From positions 160,001 through 224,000 of the forward strand of contig CAWCDG010000002.1 in the NCBI GenBank assembly GCA_963794325.1: a DNA stretch of 64,000 bases. Reading direction: 5' to 3'. Shown here piece by piece: positions 30,307-40,815 of this stretch. The DNA comes from an uncultured delta proteobacterium (lineage in GTDB: Bacteria; Desulfobacterota; Binatia; Binatales; Binataceae). The translations under genes were made by a program, and so were the position numbers. The notes under the pieces are model-generated. The model worked only from the letters and a program-made list of their open reading frames with translations. It was not told where the DNA came from and did no database searches. The number at the start of each line of letters is the position of its first letter. Position 1 is the stretch's first letter.

Positions 30307-31733
30307 GTGAACTGCATGCAAATGGTCTTTTGACGCGTCAACGGCGATTGCACTTCGTTGGAATCGGCGGCGCGGGCATGAGCGGAATCGCCGAGCTGTG
30401 CATCAAGCTCGGGATGCGGGTCAGCGGATGCGATCTGAAACCGTCGGCCGCAGTGACGCGCCTCGCCGAGCTCGGCGCGGAAATCAGCCAGGGGCATCAT
30501 CCGGCGCATTTGAAGGACGACGGCGGCATCGACGCGGTGGTGATCTCGTCGGCGATAAAGTTTTCCAATCCTGAAGTCGCGCGCGCCCGCGAAATGAAAA
30601 TCCCGGTGATCGCTCGAGCCGAGATGCTCGGCGAACTGCTGCGGATGTCGAAGCTCGGCGTCGCCGTTGCCGGAACTCACGGCAAGACGACTACCACCGG
30701 GTTGATCGCCCTGATCATGGAAGAGGCCGAACTCGATCCGACTGTTGCGGTGGGCGGAAATATTCGCAACACCGGCAGCAACGTCCGGCTCGGGCGCGGC
30801 GACTTCATGGTGGCCGAGGCCGACGAGAGCGACGCGTCGTTCCTGCTGCTCATTCCGACCATCGCGGTGGTGACGAATATCGATCCCGAACATCTCGATC
30901 ATTACGGCACGATGGATAAAGTTCGCGAAGCGTTCGTGGATTTTGTCAATCGCGTGCCTTTCTACGGCGTGGCGGTGCTCGGAATCGACAGCGTGAACGT
31001 GCGCGGATTGATCGCGTCGATTCGCAAGCCGCTGGTGACCTACGGCGTGGCGCAGGACGCGGATCTGCGCGCCGAGAAAATCGTGATCGACGGCCTTTCA
31101 ACGCGCTTCGAGCTGATCCGCAAAGGTGAGAATCTTGGCAGGGTCACGATCCCGACGCCGGGTGTGCATGTGGCGCTGAACTCGCTCGCGGCGATCGCAG
31201 TCGCGATGGAAGTCGGAATCAGTTTCGAGCGTGCGGCCGCTGCCCTGGCGAAGTTCGGCGGGATCAGCCGGCGTTTCGAGATCAAAGGCGAAGCGTCGGG
31301 ACGAATCGTGCTCGACGACTACGCGCACCATCCGGCCGAAGTGCGTGCGACGCTCGCGGCTGTGAGGGCGTCGTTCAAGCGGCGCGTGGTGGCGGTCTTT
31401 CAGCCGCATCGGTACACGCGGCTGCGCGATCTGTTCGATGAATTCCTGTCGGCGTTCGACGATGCGGACGTGCTCTATCTGTTCGATGTGTATCCGGCCG
31501 GCGAGGAACCGATTGCCGACGTTTCATCGCGCCGTTTGTACGAGGCGCTGCGCGCGCGCGGACATCTCGAAGTGCATTACCTTGGCGCCGAGGACAATCC
31601 CGCGGCGCGAATCGCGGCGGGCTCTCGCGCAGGCGACGTGATCGCGACTCTGGGCGCGGGCGATATCTACAAGACGGGTGCCGAAATCCTGAACGCGCTC
31701 AGCGCCGAGGTCAAAGTTCATGAAGGCGCTTGA
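30303..31733 (+). CDS. murC: UDP-MurNAc:L-Ala ligase MurC
   Basis: HFVGIGGAGMSG, GTHGKTTTT, EADESD, DDYAHHP, FQPHRYTR. Confidence 0.97.
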   Translation: MSELHANGLLTRQRRLHFVGIGGAGMSGIAELCIKLGMRVSGCDLKPSAAVTRLAELGAEISQGHHPAHLKDDGGIDAVVISSAIKFSNPEVARAREMKIPVIARAEMLGELLRMSKLGVAVAGTHGKTTTTGLIALIMEEAELDPTVAVGGNIRNTGSNVRLGRGDFMVAEADESDASFLLLIPTIAVVTNIDPEHLDHYGTMDKVREAFVDFVNRVPFYGVAVLGIDSVNVRGLIASIRKPLVTYGVAQDADLRAEKIVIDGLSTRFELIRKGENLGRVTIPTPGVHVALNSLAAIAVAMEVGISFERAAAALAKFGGISRRFEIKGEASGRIVLDDYAHHPAEVRATLAAVRASFKRRVVAVFQPHRYTRLRDLFDEFLSAFDDADVLYLFDVYPAGEEPIADVSSRRLYEALRARGHLEVHYLGAEDNPAARIAAGSRAGDVIATLGAGDIYKTGAEILNALSAEVKVHEGA

Positions 31734-32622
31734 GAACGATCTGCGCGAGAGATTTGGCGCGCGAGTCCGCGCGTCGATGCCTCTGGCTGAACTCACGTCG
31801 TTTCGGATCGGAGGTCCGGCCGACTTGTTCGTCAACGTCGAAGACGAAGCCGAGCTGATGCATGCGAAGGCGGCCGCATATCGCGCAAGCGTGCCGTGCT
31901 TCTGTCTGGGCGCGGGAACCAATCTGCTCGTCAGCGATCGCGGGATGCGCGGGTTGGTCGTGAGACTCGGCGACGGTTTCTCGAAAATAAAAATCGACGA
32001 CGCAAAAGTAGTTGCGGGCGCTGCTGCCGCGTTCGGCACCCTGGTCAGTGAAGTGGTCGATCGGGGTCTTGAGGGGCTCGAATTCGGCGAAGGTATTCCG
32101 GGTACGGTCGGCGGCGGATTGGTGATGAACGCAGGCGCATTCGGCGGCGAGATCGCGAAGGTGGTCACGCTGGTGCATGGCGTCACAGAGGCTGGCGAGG
32201 CGATCGCGCTCAGTAAGGACGAGGTCAAGTTTGCATACCGGCGCACCGAGTTGCCGCCGCACTTCATAATCACGCGCGTCGATTTCGAGCTGGCACGCGG
32301 CGATCGCGAACGGCTCTCGGCGCGAGTCGCGGAGCTGAAGGCCAAGCGCGCATCGCGACAGCCGCGCGGAGTTCCCAACGCAGGATCGATTTTCAAGAAC
32401 CCGCCGGGCAACTTCGCAGGCAAGCTGCTCGAAGGCGCGGGACTGAAGGGGACCCGGCTCGGTGGTGCGGCGTTTTCCGATCAGCATGCCAACTTTATCG
32501 TGAATCTTGGCGGCGCTCAGGCCGCGGAAGTGCTCGCCCTGATCGACATGGCGCGGGTCAAGGTGAAAGAGCAGAGCGGCGTCTTGCTCGAACCGGAGGT
32601 CAGATTGGTCGGCGACTGGTAA
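31720..32622 (+). CDS. murB: UDP-N-acetylenolpyruvoylglucosamine reductase MurB
   Basis: FRIGGPAD, GIPGTVGG..MNAGA, AGSIFKNP, HANFIVN, LEPEV. Confidence 0.96.
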   Translation: MKALENDLRERFGARVRASMPLAELTSFRIGGPADLFVNVEDEAELMHAKAAAYRASVPCFCLGAGTNLLVSDRGMRGLVVRLGDGFSKIKIDDAKVVAGAAAAFGTLVSEVVDRGLEGLEFGEGIPGTVGGGLVMNAGAFGGEIAKVVTLVHGVTEAGEAIALSKDEVKFAYRRTELPPHFIITRVDFELARGDRERLSARVAELKAKRASRQPRGVPNAGSIFKNPPGNFAGKLLEGAGLKGTRLGGAAFSDQHANFIVNLGGAQAAEVLALIDMARVKVKEQSGVLLEPEVRLVGDW

Positions 32623-32629
32623 AGACGGA

Positions 32630-33433
32630 TTGAGGTGCGGGGTGGCGGTTCGCGGAGGAAATAAAGCGGTGGCGGGGTGGAGCGCGCGGATGGGCGGGCT
32701 GGTGGTATGCGCCTTTTTCGCGCTCGGGGTGATGACCGGATTCAGCACGACCGGCCGTGCGGTGGCTCTCAGAGCCTCCACGAGTCTCACCTCGTATCGC
32801 AATCAAATTCTGGACTCGCTCGCGCCCGCGCGCACGACCGCCTCGAACTATTCGGCGGTGCTCGTCCAATGGGCGGGGCGCGCCGGGATTTACCGTCAGG
32901 CAGGGCACGCAACCAGGGCAGCGGAGATCTCGGCGGGGAATATGCGCGACGGCGCGATTGCGATCGTCGAGCGTCACGACGGCTTCTACCAACTCTTCAG
33001 CGGCGGCGAACTGCGCGGGCCGGTCTCGATCGGCAAGCAGGGCGATCTGCCGGTCCTGAGCGGCGATGCTCTCGACAACGCGCGTGGAACGCAGATGGTC
33101 GACTATGCGGCGGTGCTGGTGCGCGCCGAGACCCAACTGTCCGAGATCATTTCGGAGATGCACGTCGGGGATGACGGCACGGCGTCGCTGTTTCTCGAGC
33201 GCGAGCGCACCGAGGTCGTGATCGATCTCGATCGCGCGACGACTGAAATTCAGCGCGCTATCAAAGTGCGGCAGCAATGGCAGGGGCGCGAGAATTTGAT
33301 CGCGGCGCTCGACTTGACGACGCCGGGATTTGCGGTCGTCCGGCTGCATGCCGCCGAGAACTCTCATTCGAAACATAAAAGCGGGCTTCGCAAAGTTTCG
33401 TTCAAGCCGGCCGAGGAGTCCGTGACGCGATGA
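32630..33433 (+). CDS. ftsQ: Divergent FtsQ/DivIB-like cell division protein
   Basis: Position immediately before ftsA, single N-terminal TM, C-terminal DLPVLSG...ISEM...IAALDLT similar to the FtsQ beta-domain. Confidence 0.6.
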   Translation: MRCGVAVRGGNKAVAGWSARMGGLVVCAFFALGVMTGFSTTGRAVALRASTSLTSYRNQILDSLAPARTTASNYSAVLVQWAGRAGIYRQAGHATRAAEISAGNMRDGAIAIVERHDGFYQLFSGGELRGPVSIGKQGDLPVLSGDALDNARGTQMVDYAAVLVRAETQLSEIISEMHVGDDGTASLFLERERTEVVIDLDRATTEIQRAIKVRQQWQGRENLIAALDLTTPGFAVVRLHAAENSHSKHKSGLRKVSFKPAEESVTR

Positions 33434-34647
33434 GAAATCTGCTCACCGGCCTGGACGTCGGCACCAGCAAGGTCTGCGCGATCGTCGGCGAGTCGCTGCC
33501 CGACGGGCAATTGGCGACGCTGGGCTTCGGAATCGCGCCGTGCACCGGGCTGCGCAAGGGAGTCGTCGTCAATATCGAGGCGACGGTCGAGGCGATCAAG
33601 GCAGCGGTCGAGGAAGCGGAGAAAACTTCCGGCGTGCGAGTGGGGTCGGTGGTGGTCGGCGTCGCCGGACCGCATATCAAGGGCCTCAACAGTCATGGAA
33701 TCGTCGCGGTGCGCGGCGGCGAAGTCAGCTCGCGCGACGTTGACAGGGTGATCGATGCGGCGCGCGCGGTTGCGATCCCGCTCGATCGGCAGGTGCTGCA
33801 TATTCTGCCGCAGCAGTTCGCGGTCGATGAGCAGGAAGGTGTGCGCGAGCCTTACGGGATGGCGGGCGTCCGGCTCGAGGCGCGCATCCATATCATCACC
33901 GCCGCGCAGAGCTACGGACAAAATCTCACCAAGTGCTGCGAGCGCGCGGGCGTGACGCCGTCCGAGATGGTTTTCCAGCCGCTGGCGTCGGCGGATGCGG
34001 CGCTGTTTCCGGAGGAACGCGAGCTCGGCGTCGCGCTGATCGACGTTGGCGGCGGCACCACCGACATCATCGTGTTTCACGGTGGCGCCGTGATGCATAC
34101 CGCGGTGCTGCCGATTGGCGGGAATCATCTCACCAGCGATATCGCCGCCGGATTGCGCACGCCGATATCGGAGGCGGAGCGGCTCAAGATTACCTTCGGC
34201 ATCGCGACCAACCAGGTCGTGCGGCGCGACGAGATGGTGCAGGTGCCCGGCGTCGGCGGACGCGAGCCGCGAGTGATCGCGCGCCGGCTGCTCGGAGAAA
34301 TCATCGAGCCGCGCATGGAAGAGATCTTCACGATGGTGCAGCGCGAGCTGTTGCGCTCGGGAGTTTCGGACGGGCTCGCGTCGGGCATCGTGCTGGTCGG
34401 CGGGACCTCGCTGCTCGAGGGCACACAGGAACTGGCCGAGCGAATCTTCGGCGTGCCGGTGCGGCGCGGACTTCCGATCAACCTGAAGGGACTGCCCGAA
34501 GAACTGATGAAGCCGATGTACACGACGGCGGCGGGCCTGCTGCTGCATCAGAGCGCGGCGGGCGGAATTGGAAATGGAGTTGGAAAAGCGGGCCGGCTGG
34601 GACGGCTGCGCTCGCGGCTTAGCGATTGGGTGAGGGACTTCTTTTGA
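33430..34647 (+). CDS. ftsA: Cell division protein FtsA
   Basis: [38 protein letters not shown]. Confidence 0.96.
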   Translation: MRNLLTGLDVGTSKVCAIVGESLPDGQLATLGFGIAPCTGLRKGVVVNIEATVEAIKAAVEEAEKTSGVRVGSVVVGVAGPHIKGLNSHGIVAVRGGEVSSRDVDRVIDAARAVAIPLDRQVLHILPQQFAVDEQEGVREPYGMAGVRLEARIHIITAAQSYGQNLTKCCERAGVTPSEMVFQPLASADAALFPEERELGVALIDVGGGTTDIIVFHGGAVMHTAVLPIGGNHLTSDIAAGLRTPISEAERLKITFGIATNQVVRRDEMVQVPGVGGREPRVIARRLLGEIIEPRMEEIFTMVQRELLRSGVSDGLASGIVLVGGTSLLEGTQELAERIFGVPVRRGLPINLKGLPEELMKPMYTTAAGLLLHQSAAGGIGNGVGKAGRLGRLRSRLSDWVRDFF

Positions 34648-34715
34648 GGAGTCGCCGAAGCAGTAAATCAAATGGGCAACAAACTTTGCCGGTAGGTGGT
34701 GGAGGAGGATCTGTG

Positions 34716-35996
34716 ATGATTGAGTTGGTGAGTAATCCCGACCCGGGCGCGAGGATAAAGGTGATTGGTGCAGGTGGATGCGGCGGCAACGCGGTCAACC
34801 ACATGATCAATGTGGGGCTGCGCAACGTCGATTTCATCGCCGTCAATACCGACATCCAGGCGCTGCAGAATAATCACGCGCCGCTGCGCCTGCAGATCGG
34901 CGACGAGATAACCCGCGGACGCGGCACCGGCGGCAATCCGGAAATCGGCCGCAAGGCCGCGCTCGAAGACGAGGAGCGAATTCGCGAGATCCTGTCGGAA
35001 GCCGAGATGGTGTTCGTGACCGCCGGGATGGGCGGCGGCACCGGAACCGGCTCTGCCCCAGTGATTGCGCGTATCGCACGCGAGCTGGGCGCGCTGACCG
35101 TCGGCGTCGTGACCAAGCCGTTTCAGTTCGAAGGACGCCGGCGCATGACGCAGGCCGAAGAGGGATTGCGCGAGCTGAAGAACGCGGTCGACACGCTGAT
35201 CACGATTCCCAATCAGCGCCTGCTCTCGGTAGCGAGCAAGAATACGTCGCTCAAGGAATCGTTCCAGAAGGCCGACGACGTGCTGCTGCAGGCGGTGCGC
35301 GGAATTTCGGAGTTGGTCACGGTGCATGGATTGATCAACCTCGATTTTGCGGACGTGCGATCGATCATGGCCGAGATGGGCATGGCGATGATGGGTGCGG
35401 CCACCGCTTCCGGCGAGAATCGCGCGGTCGAGGCGGCGCAGCGCGCTATTTCGAGTCCGCTGCTCGAGGACGTTTCGATCAAGGGCGCGCGCGGTCTGCT
35501 GATCAACGTGACGGGCGGCTCGGACATGGCGCTCTACGAAGTGAACGAGGCGGCGAGCCTGATCCAGGAAGAGGCGCACGAGGACGCCAACATCATCTTC
35601 GGCGCGGTGATCGACGAATCGATATCCGACGAGATTCGCGTCACCGTTATTGCGACCGGCTTCGGCGATCTCGACCGCGGTTCTTCGTCGCGCTATTCGC
35701 CGTCGGGCGCGCCGGTCACCACGCCGATCGCGGCGGCCTCGACCCGGCCGGTCGATCCGATGGAGGTCAAGCAGCCTGCGCCGGCCGCGCAGGCGGGGCA
35801 AGTGCGGATGTTCCCCGGCAAGCCGGTGCGCCGCATGGGGCTGGTCGTCGACGACAGCACACTCGACATCCCGGCCTTCAGGCGCCGCGGCGAAGATGCG
35901 GGCCTGGCGGAGGGCGAAAAGCTCGAGCCCAACTCGCTGCTCGACGGCGACGACAAGCTCGACATCCCAACCTTCCTGCGCAAGCATCTCGACTAA
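34716..35996 (+). CDS. ftsZ: Cell division protein FtsZ
   Basis: GMGGGTGTG tubulin signature, NLDFADV, C-terminal LDIPTFLRK. Confidence 0.98.
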   Translation: MIELVSNPDPGARIKVIGAGGCGGNAVNHMINVGLRNVDFIAVNTDIQALQNNHAPLRLQIGDEITRGRGTGGNPEIGRKAALEDEERIREILSEAEMVFVTAGMGGGTGTGSAPVIARIARELGALTVGVVTKPFQFEGRRRMTQAEEGLRELKNAVDTLITIPNQRLLSVASKNTSLKESFQKADDVLLQAVRGISELVTVHGLINLDFADVRSIMAEMGMAMMGAATASGENRAVEAAQRAISSPLLEDVSIKGARGLLINVTGGSDMALYEVNEAASLIQEEAHEDANIIFGAVIDESISDEIRVTVIATGFGDLDRGSSSRYSPSGAPVTTPIAAASTRPVDPMEVKQPAPAAQAGQVRMFPGKPVRRMGLVVDDSTLDIPAFRRRGEDAGLAEGEKLEPNSLLDGDDKLDIPTFLRKHLD

Positions 35997-36022
35997 GCGG
36001 AAACCGCAGGAATCAGTGCGAT

Positions 36023-36056
36023 GCCGGAGTCCGAAAGGGCTCCGGCGTTGTTTTGT
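36023..36056 (+). terminator. Rho-independent terminator after ftsZ
   Basis: GCCGGAGTCC-GAAA-GGGCTCCGGC hairpin followed by GTTGTTTTGTT. Confidence 0.7.
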
Positions 36057-36092
36057 TGTGCGCGAGTATTTGAGAAGCTTAGAGCGAAGCTC

Positions 36093-36431
36093 ATGAAATC
36101 CATTTCCCTTAAAGTTCAAGAAGAGCTGCTGCGAACCAGCGAGCGATGCGCGCGTGCGCTCGGAATCCCTCGCGCTGAATACATCCGTCGCGCCATCGAG
36201 CGAATGAACCGCGAATCCGAAGCTCGCGCTCGCGCGCAACGAATGGCGCGGGCGTCGCGCAAGGTCCGCAAGGAAAGCATGCGAGTGAATGCCGAGTTCG
36301 CCGCGATCGAGCGCGACCCGGGACGCAGAACATTTAAAGCCTTGCTCGCCTCGGCGCCGCTGGATGGGGTCGAGATACGCCGGTCGCACGACGTCGCGCG
36401 TCCTCGACTGTCAAAGGGATCTCGATCTTAG
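36093..36431 (+). CDS. Ribbon-helix-helix antitoxin-like protein, no adjacent toxin
   Basis: MKSISLKV..ELL...RAEYIRRAIERMN RHH pattern; followed directly by convergent pckG. Confidence 0.65.
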   Translation: MKSISLKVQEELLRTSERCARALGIPRAEYIRRAIERMNRESEARARAQRMARASRKVRKESMRVNAEFAAIERDPGRRTFKALLASAPLDGVEIRRSHDVARPRLSKGSRS

Positions 36432-38263
36432 CGAGCCGATGCAGCCTGGCGGGCGGGGGCTTCGCCGTTGAGGGATTTGAGGATTGCCTCGCGCCGTTCT
36501 TTCAAATCCTTCGGCATCGTTGGACCGATCTTTTCGAAAAACTCGGCCTCGGATTCTATTTCAGCTTTCCATTCTGTGGGATTTATCGCGAGCGCGTCGT
36601 GAACTGCGCTCTTGGATAGATCGAGGCCCTTCAGATCCAGTTCGGATTCATCGGGAACGATTCCGACCGGCGTCGCGCGGCCCTTGGCGCGTCCGTGGAT
36701 TCTATCGAGCATCCATTTCAGCACCCGCAGGTTTTCGCCGTAGCCGGGCCAGATGAAATTTCCGGAGGCGTCCTTGCGGAACCAGTTCACCATAAACAAA
36801 CGCGGCGCCTTCTTGAGTGCGCCGCGCATCTTGAGCCAATGGGCGAAATAATCGCCCATGTTGTAGCCGCAGAACGGCAGCATCGCCATCGGATCGCGCC
36901 TGAGCACGCCGACCGCTCCAGAAGCGGCCGCGGTGGTTTCCGATCCCATCGTCGCGCCCATGAAAACGCCGTGCGTCCAGTCCATCGATTCGAGCACCAG
37001 CGGCACCGTCGTCGCGCGGCGTCCGCCGAAGATGATCGCCGAGATAGGCACGCCGCGCGGATCATCGGCGTAAGGGGACCACGCCGGATTGTTGCGCATC
37101 GGCGTCGTGAAGCGGCTATTCGGATGCGCCGCCTTTTCGCCCGACTCTTTTTTCCAGGGGCGGCCCTGCCAGTCGATCAGGCCGTCGGGCGGCGGCACGT
37201 CCATCCCTTCCCACCATACGTCACCGTCGGGCGTCATCGCGACGTTGGTGAAAATTGTGTCGTGCTCGACCATCTTCATCGCGTTCAGATTCGATTTTGC
37301 GCTGGTGCCCGGCGCTACGCCGAAGTATCCGTTCTCGGGATTGACCGCCCACAGCCCGCCGTCGGGACCGACCCGCATCCAGGAGATATCGTCGCCGACG
37401 GTAGTAACCTTCCAGCCTTTCAGCTCGGCCGGCGGCGTGAGCATCGCGAGATTGGTCTTCCCGCACGCGCTGGGAAACGCGGCGGCGATATAAGTGGCCT
37501 CGCCCTCGGGGCTCTGCAGGCCGAGGATCAGCATGTGCTCGGCGAGCCATCCTTCGTCGCGGCCGAGGACGCTGGCGATTCGGAGCGCGAAACATTTCTT
37601 GCTCAACAGCGCATTGCCGCCGTAACCGCTGCCAACCGAGATGATCATGTTGTCCTGCGGGAAGTGGCAAATCAGGCGGCGCTCGGGATTCAGATCGAGC
37701 GTGCAATGAATCCCGCGATTGAAGTCGTTCGAGTCGCCAAGTTGGTCGAGCGCGGCTTTGCCCATCCGCGTCATGATTCGCATGTTCAGCACGACGTAGA
37801 GGCTGTCGGTCAGCTCGACGCCGACTTTCGAGAGCGGCGACCCGAGCGGACCCATCACGTACGGCACGACGTACATCGTGCGCCCGCGCATCGAGCCGTC
37901 GAGCATGCCGTGCAACTTGTCGTAGGTGGCGGTGGGATCGGACCAGTTGTTAGTCGGGCCCGCGTCGATTTTGTTCGGCGTGCAGACGAAGGTCAGTTGT
38001 TCGGTGCGTGCGACGTCGTTTGGATTCGAGCGATGGAGGTAGCAGCCGGGGCGCTTCTTCTGATTGAGCTCGATCAGTATTCCCGCATCGACCGCCTGCT
38101 TGGTAAAGCGCTTTTTCTCGTCTTCAGAACCGTCGCACCATACGATAGCGTCGGGCTTGGTGAGCGCGGCAACTTCCTTAACCCAATCGCGCAACGCGCG
38201 GCTGGTGGTGGGCGAACTCTTTTCGTTTTGCTTGGAATCGGGCGTCACTTCAATCCGCTCCAC
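36428..38263 (-). CDS. pckG: Phosphoenolpyruvate carboxykinase (GTP)
   Basis: SGYGGNALL.KKCFALR, AEHM, FPSACGKTNLAM, GDDI, HPNSRF, FGGRR, RRDPMAM. Confidence 0.97.
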   Translation of the reverse strand: MERIEVTPDSKQNEKSSPTTSRALRDWVKEVAALTKPDAIVWCDGSEDEKKRFTKQAVDAGILIELNQKKRPGCYLHRSNPNDVARTEQLTFVCTPNKIDAGPTNNWSDPTATYDKLHGMLDGSMRGRTMYVVPYVMGPLGSPLSKVGVELTDSLYVVLNMRIMTRMGKAALDQLGDSNDFNRGIHCTLDLNPERRLICHFPQDNMIISVGSGYGGNALLSKKCFALRIASVLGRDEGWLAEHMLILGLQSPEGEATYIAAAFPSACGKTNLAMLTPPAELKGWKVTTVGDDISWMRVGPDGGLWAVNPENGYFGVAPGTSAKSNLNAMKMVEHDTIFTNVAMTPDGDVWWEGMDVPPPDGLIDWQGRPWKKESGEKAAHPNSRFTTPMRNNPAWSPYADDPRGVPISAIIFGGRRATTVPLVLESMDWTHGVFMGATMGSETTAAASGAVGVLRRDPMAMLPFCGYNMGDYFAHWLKMRGALKKAPRLFMVNWFRKDASGNFIWPGYGENLRVLKWMLDRIHGRAKGRATPVGIVPDESELDLKGLDLSKSAVHDALAINPTEWKAEIESEAEFFEKIGPTMPKDLKERREAILKSLNGEAPARQAASAR

Positions 38264-38440
38264 GTCGGTCCTTGTGAGACGTAACTCCTCTCAAACGCAG
38301 GTGCCAAATGCAATCTGGTCGTCATGAGAAGGTAATATTTAGATTAGCAGATTAGAATAATCAAGGGCAGAAGTATAAGTAGTTCTTTTGGACGGCCGAG
38401 CACTGCGGACCGTCGAACCCTCGGTCAGCTCGAAGCCGCT

Positions 38441-39112
38441 TTACGATGAGGACAGAGTTTCCTCGCAGGCGGGCGCACTCCATTTATCCGGCGTTGTCTT
38501 CAGTTGTGAAATCAGCGCGTCGTTTATGGCGACGGTGCAAGTGGCGGTCTGAGGCTTTTCTCCATAGATGTTCGCGATCAGATTGAACTTCAAAACGTCC
38601 CCGGACTTAATCGATCGCAGGAAGCTGTCCCACGTCATGAAATTTGCCGCCGGATTGCAATTGGATCCGCTGACCCCTTTGCAATCGATCGGCCATGGAG
38701 CGAAGTACGTCTCATGCGTTATCGCGTCGCCACCATCTATCGGCGTCGGCACCGCTTCCGATAAGTCCCCGAGGCTCAGGCTCTTGCCGTCGGGAGAACT
38801 GGAATGGATGAAGCTCTGCCAGGTTTGCGCGTACGGACTGCCACCGATCTGAACTTGCAGGAACTCGCGTCCGATCACCGCGTTGTATCCGATGTCGCCG
38901 GAGTTTATGAAAGACATCCGCGCCGCGAAGCGGACGTAGTCCTGGCCGTCGATATTGTCGCCGTGGATCAGGATCTGCTCAGGTCCGAACAACTTGACCT
39001 GCGGGCCGCGGAAGTACTCGGTGACCTGGTAGGCCACTGCGGCAAAAGCGAGGATGAAAGCAGCCAGCGCCACCATATCGGTCTCGCGCTTGACTGTCAG
39101 GAATGGGGCCAA
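38441..39112 (-). CDS. Hypothetical membrane-anchored periplasmic protein
   Basis: N-terminal TM, four Cys; starts 16 bp downstream of the last DUF455 gene, same strand. Confidence 0.65.
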   Translation of the reverse strand: MAPFLTVKRETDMVALAAFILAFAAVAYQVTEYFRGPQVKLFGPEQILIHGDNIDGQDYVRFAARMSFINSGDIGYNAVIGREFLQVQIGGSPYAQTWQSFIHSSSPDGKSLSLGDLSEAVPTPIDGGDAITHETYFAPWPIDCKGVSGSNCNPAANFMTWDSFLRSIKSGDVLKFNLIANIYGEKPQTATCTVAINDALISQLKTTPDKWSAPACEETLSSS

Positions 39113-39127
39113 TGAACGGTCGCGATT

Positions 39128-39898
39128 CTAGTACGCGGCGCTCTTGCGCGCGGAATTGATCAGCCGCTGGATTTCTTCTTCGGTGAACCCGGCCAGCATG
39201 CGCGCTTCCTTCGCGATCGACACGACCTGGCCGTCGTCGTTCTGGATATCTTCCTGCGCGAGGCGGCCGCCGCGGAAGTTGAACACCTCGTCCACCATGT
39301 CCTGGAACGCCTGCGCCTTGGCGAGCCGCTCGGGGTCGCCTTCGGTCAGCTTGCGCATCCACTTCGATCCCATCCGCACGTGCGTGATTTCGTCGGCGAG
39401 CACGTAATCGACGGAGCGCTCGATCACCTCGTCGCCGTTGCGCTGCGCAATACGAATCAGCTGATCGAAAACGTCGCACGCAAGGCCCTCGAGCCCGCGA
39501 TTGATTCCGGCGACGCGCGCCGCAGGATCCATCGCCTGCGTGCATCGCCACAGAATCTCGGTCTCGACGTAATCACCAGGATGACCGCCCATGTACTCGA
39601 CGAGGCGCTGGAAAATCTCGCTGTGACGCGCCTCGTCCCACACCTGGCGCGCCATGTCGAGCTGGAATTCCCACGGCGCGTCGGGAAAATCGAACAGCGT
39701 GCGTCCCGCCGCTTCCATCGCCTGCAACTCGCCGGTGTAGATACCGTGCAAGCGCGAGCGCAGCGTCTCTTCGTCGAACGGCATCGGACGCCCGCCTTCG
39801 AGGCCTTGCTCTTCGCGAATCTCGCGGACCTGGCGGCTGCGGAGCACGACCCAATTGTCGGGACGGGCGAGACGGTCAACAGGAATACATTTTTCCAT
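39128..39898 (-). CDS. DUF455-like ferritin-fold diiron protein (paralog B)
   Basis: LHGIYTGELQAME...FPDAPWEF..D.ARQVWDEARH, GLEGLACD, DEITH, AR.LAGF.EEEI. Confidence 0.8.
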   Translation of the reverse strand: MEKCIPVDRLARPDNWVVLRSRQVREIREEQGLEGGRPMPFDEETLRSRLHGIYTGELQAMEAAGRTLFDFPDAPWEFQLDMARQVWDEARHSEIFQRLVEYMGGHPGDYVETEILWRCTQAMDPAARVAGINRGLEGLACDVFDQLIRIAQRNGDEVIERSVDYVLADEITHVRMGSKWMRKLTEGDPERLAKAQAFQDMVDEVFNFRGGRLAQEDIQNDDGQVVSIAKEARMLAGFTEEEIQRLINSARKSAAY

Positions 39899-39960
39899 AT
39901 TTTTATTGAATTGCTTCTTTCAGTAAGACGTTTCGAGCCCTTTAGTATGCTGCAATTGTT

Positions 39961-40761
39961 TCAGTATGCGGCGCTCTTGCCGAAACCTTTGACGAGCCGA
40001 TCGATCTCTTCTTCGGTGAAGCCGGCCAGGAGGCGAGCTTCTCGCGCGATAGTGATACCCGAGTCGATCTCGATTTCCTTGCCATTGACGCGCTGCTTGA
40101 CGTGATCGACATCCTCGACATGCTTGCGGCCGGGGCCGAAGTTGAACAGCTCGTCGATCCGGTCCTGGAACTCCTGCGCCCGCTTGTAGCGCTCGGGGTC
40201 TCCCTCGGTCAGCTTGCGCATCCACTGTGATCCCATCCGCACGTGAGTGATCTCGTCGGCCAGCACGTAATCTACCGATCGTTCGATAATCGTGTCGCCC
40301 ATCTTCTGCGCGATACGAATCAGTTGCTCGAAGACGTCGCACGCGAGCCCCTCGAGTCCGCGATTGATTCCTGCCACGCGCGCCGCGGGATCCTCGGCTT
40401 GCGTGCACGACCACAGCACTTCGCCTTCGGGAAATTCGCCGTAGTAGGATCCGACGTACTCGAGCAGCTTCATGTAGATTTCAGCGTGGCGCGATTCGTC
40501 CCACACCTGGCGCGCCATGTCGAGCTGGAACTCCCACGGCGCGTCGGGAAAGTCGTAGAGCGTGCGGCCGGCCGCTTCCATCGCCTGGAATTCGCCGCCG
40601 CAGATTCCGTGCATGCGCGACTTCAGGAAATCATCTTCGTACGGCATCGCGTTGCCGGGCGACAATCCCTGCTCGCTGCGCGCGTTGCGCGTGCGATTCG
40701 CCGGCAGCAGGATATGGTCCTCGGGACGCGCCAGCTTATCGACGGGAATCATTCTCTGCAT
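39961..40761 (-). CDS. DUF455-like ferritin-fold diiron protein (paralog A)
   Basis: Same motifs (GEFQAME, DESRH, GLEGLA, DEITH); long stretches identical to paralog B. Confidence 0.8.
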   Translation of the reverse strand: MQRMIPVDKLARPEDHILLPANRTRNARSEQGLSPGNAMPYEDDFLKSRMHGICGGEFQAMEAAGRTLYDFPDAPWEFQLDMARQVWDESRHAEIYMKLLEYVGSYYGEFPEGEVLWSCTQAEDPAARVAGINRGLEGLACDVFEQLIRIAQKMGDTIIERSVDYVLADEITHVRMGSQWMRKLTEGDPERYKRAQEFQDRIDELFNFGPGRKHVEDVDHVKQRVNGKEIEIDSGITIAREARLLAGFTEEEIDRLVKGFGKSAAY

Positions 40762-40815
40762 CGCGATGTCTCCTTTTTCAGGTCCCTGTCTTACTATTCT
40801 GATCTGACCGGGTTG

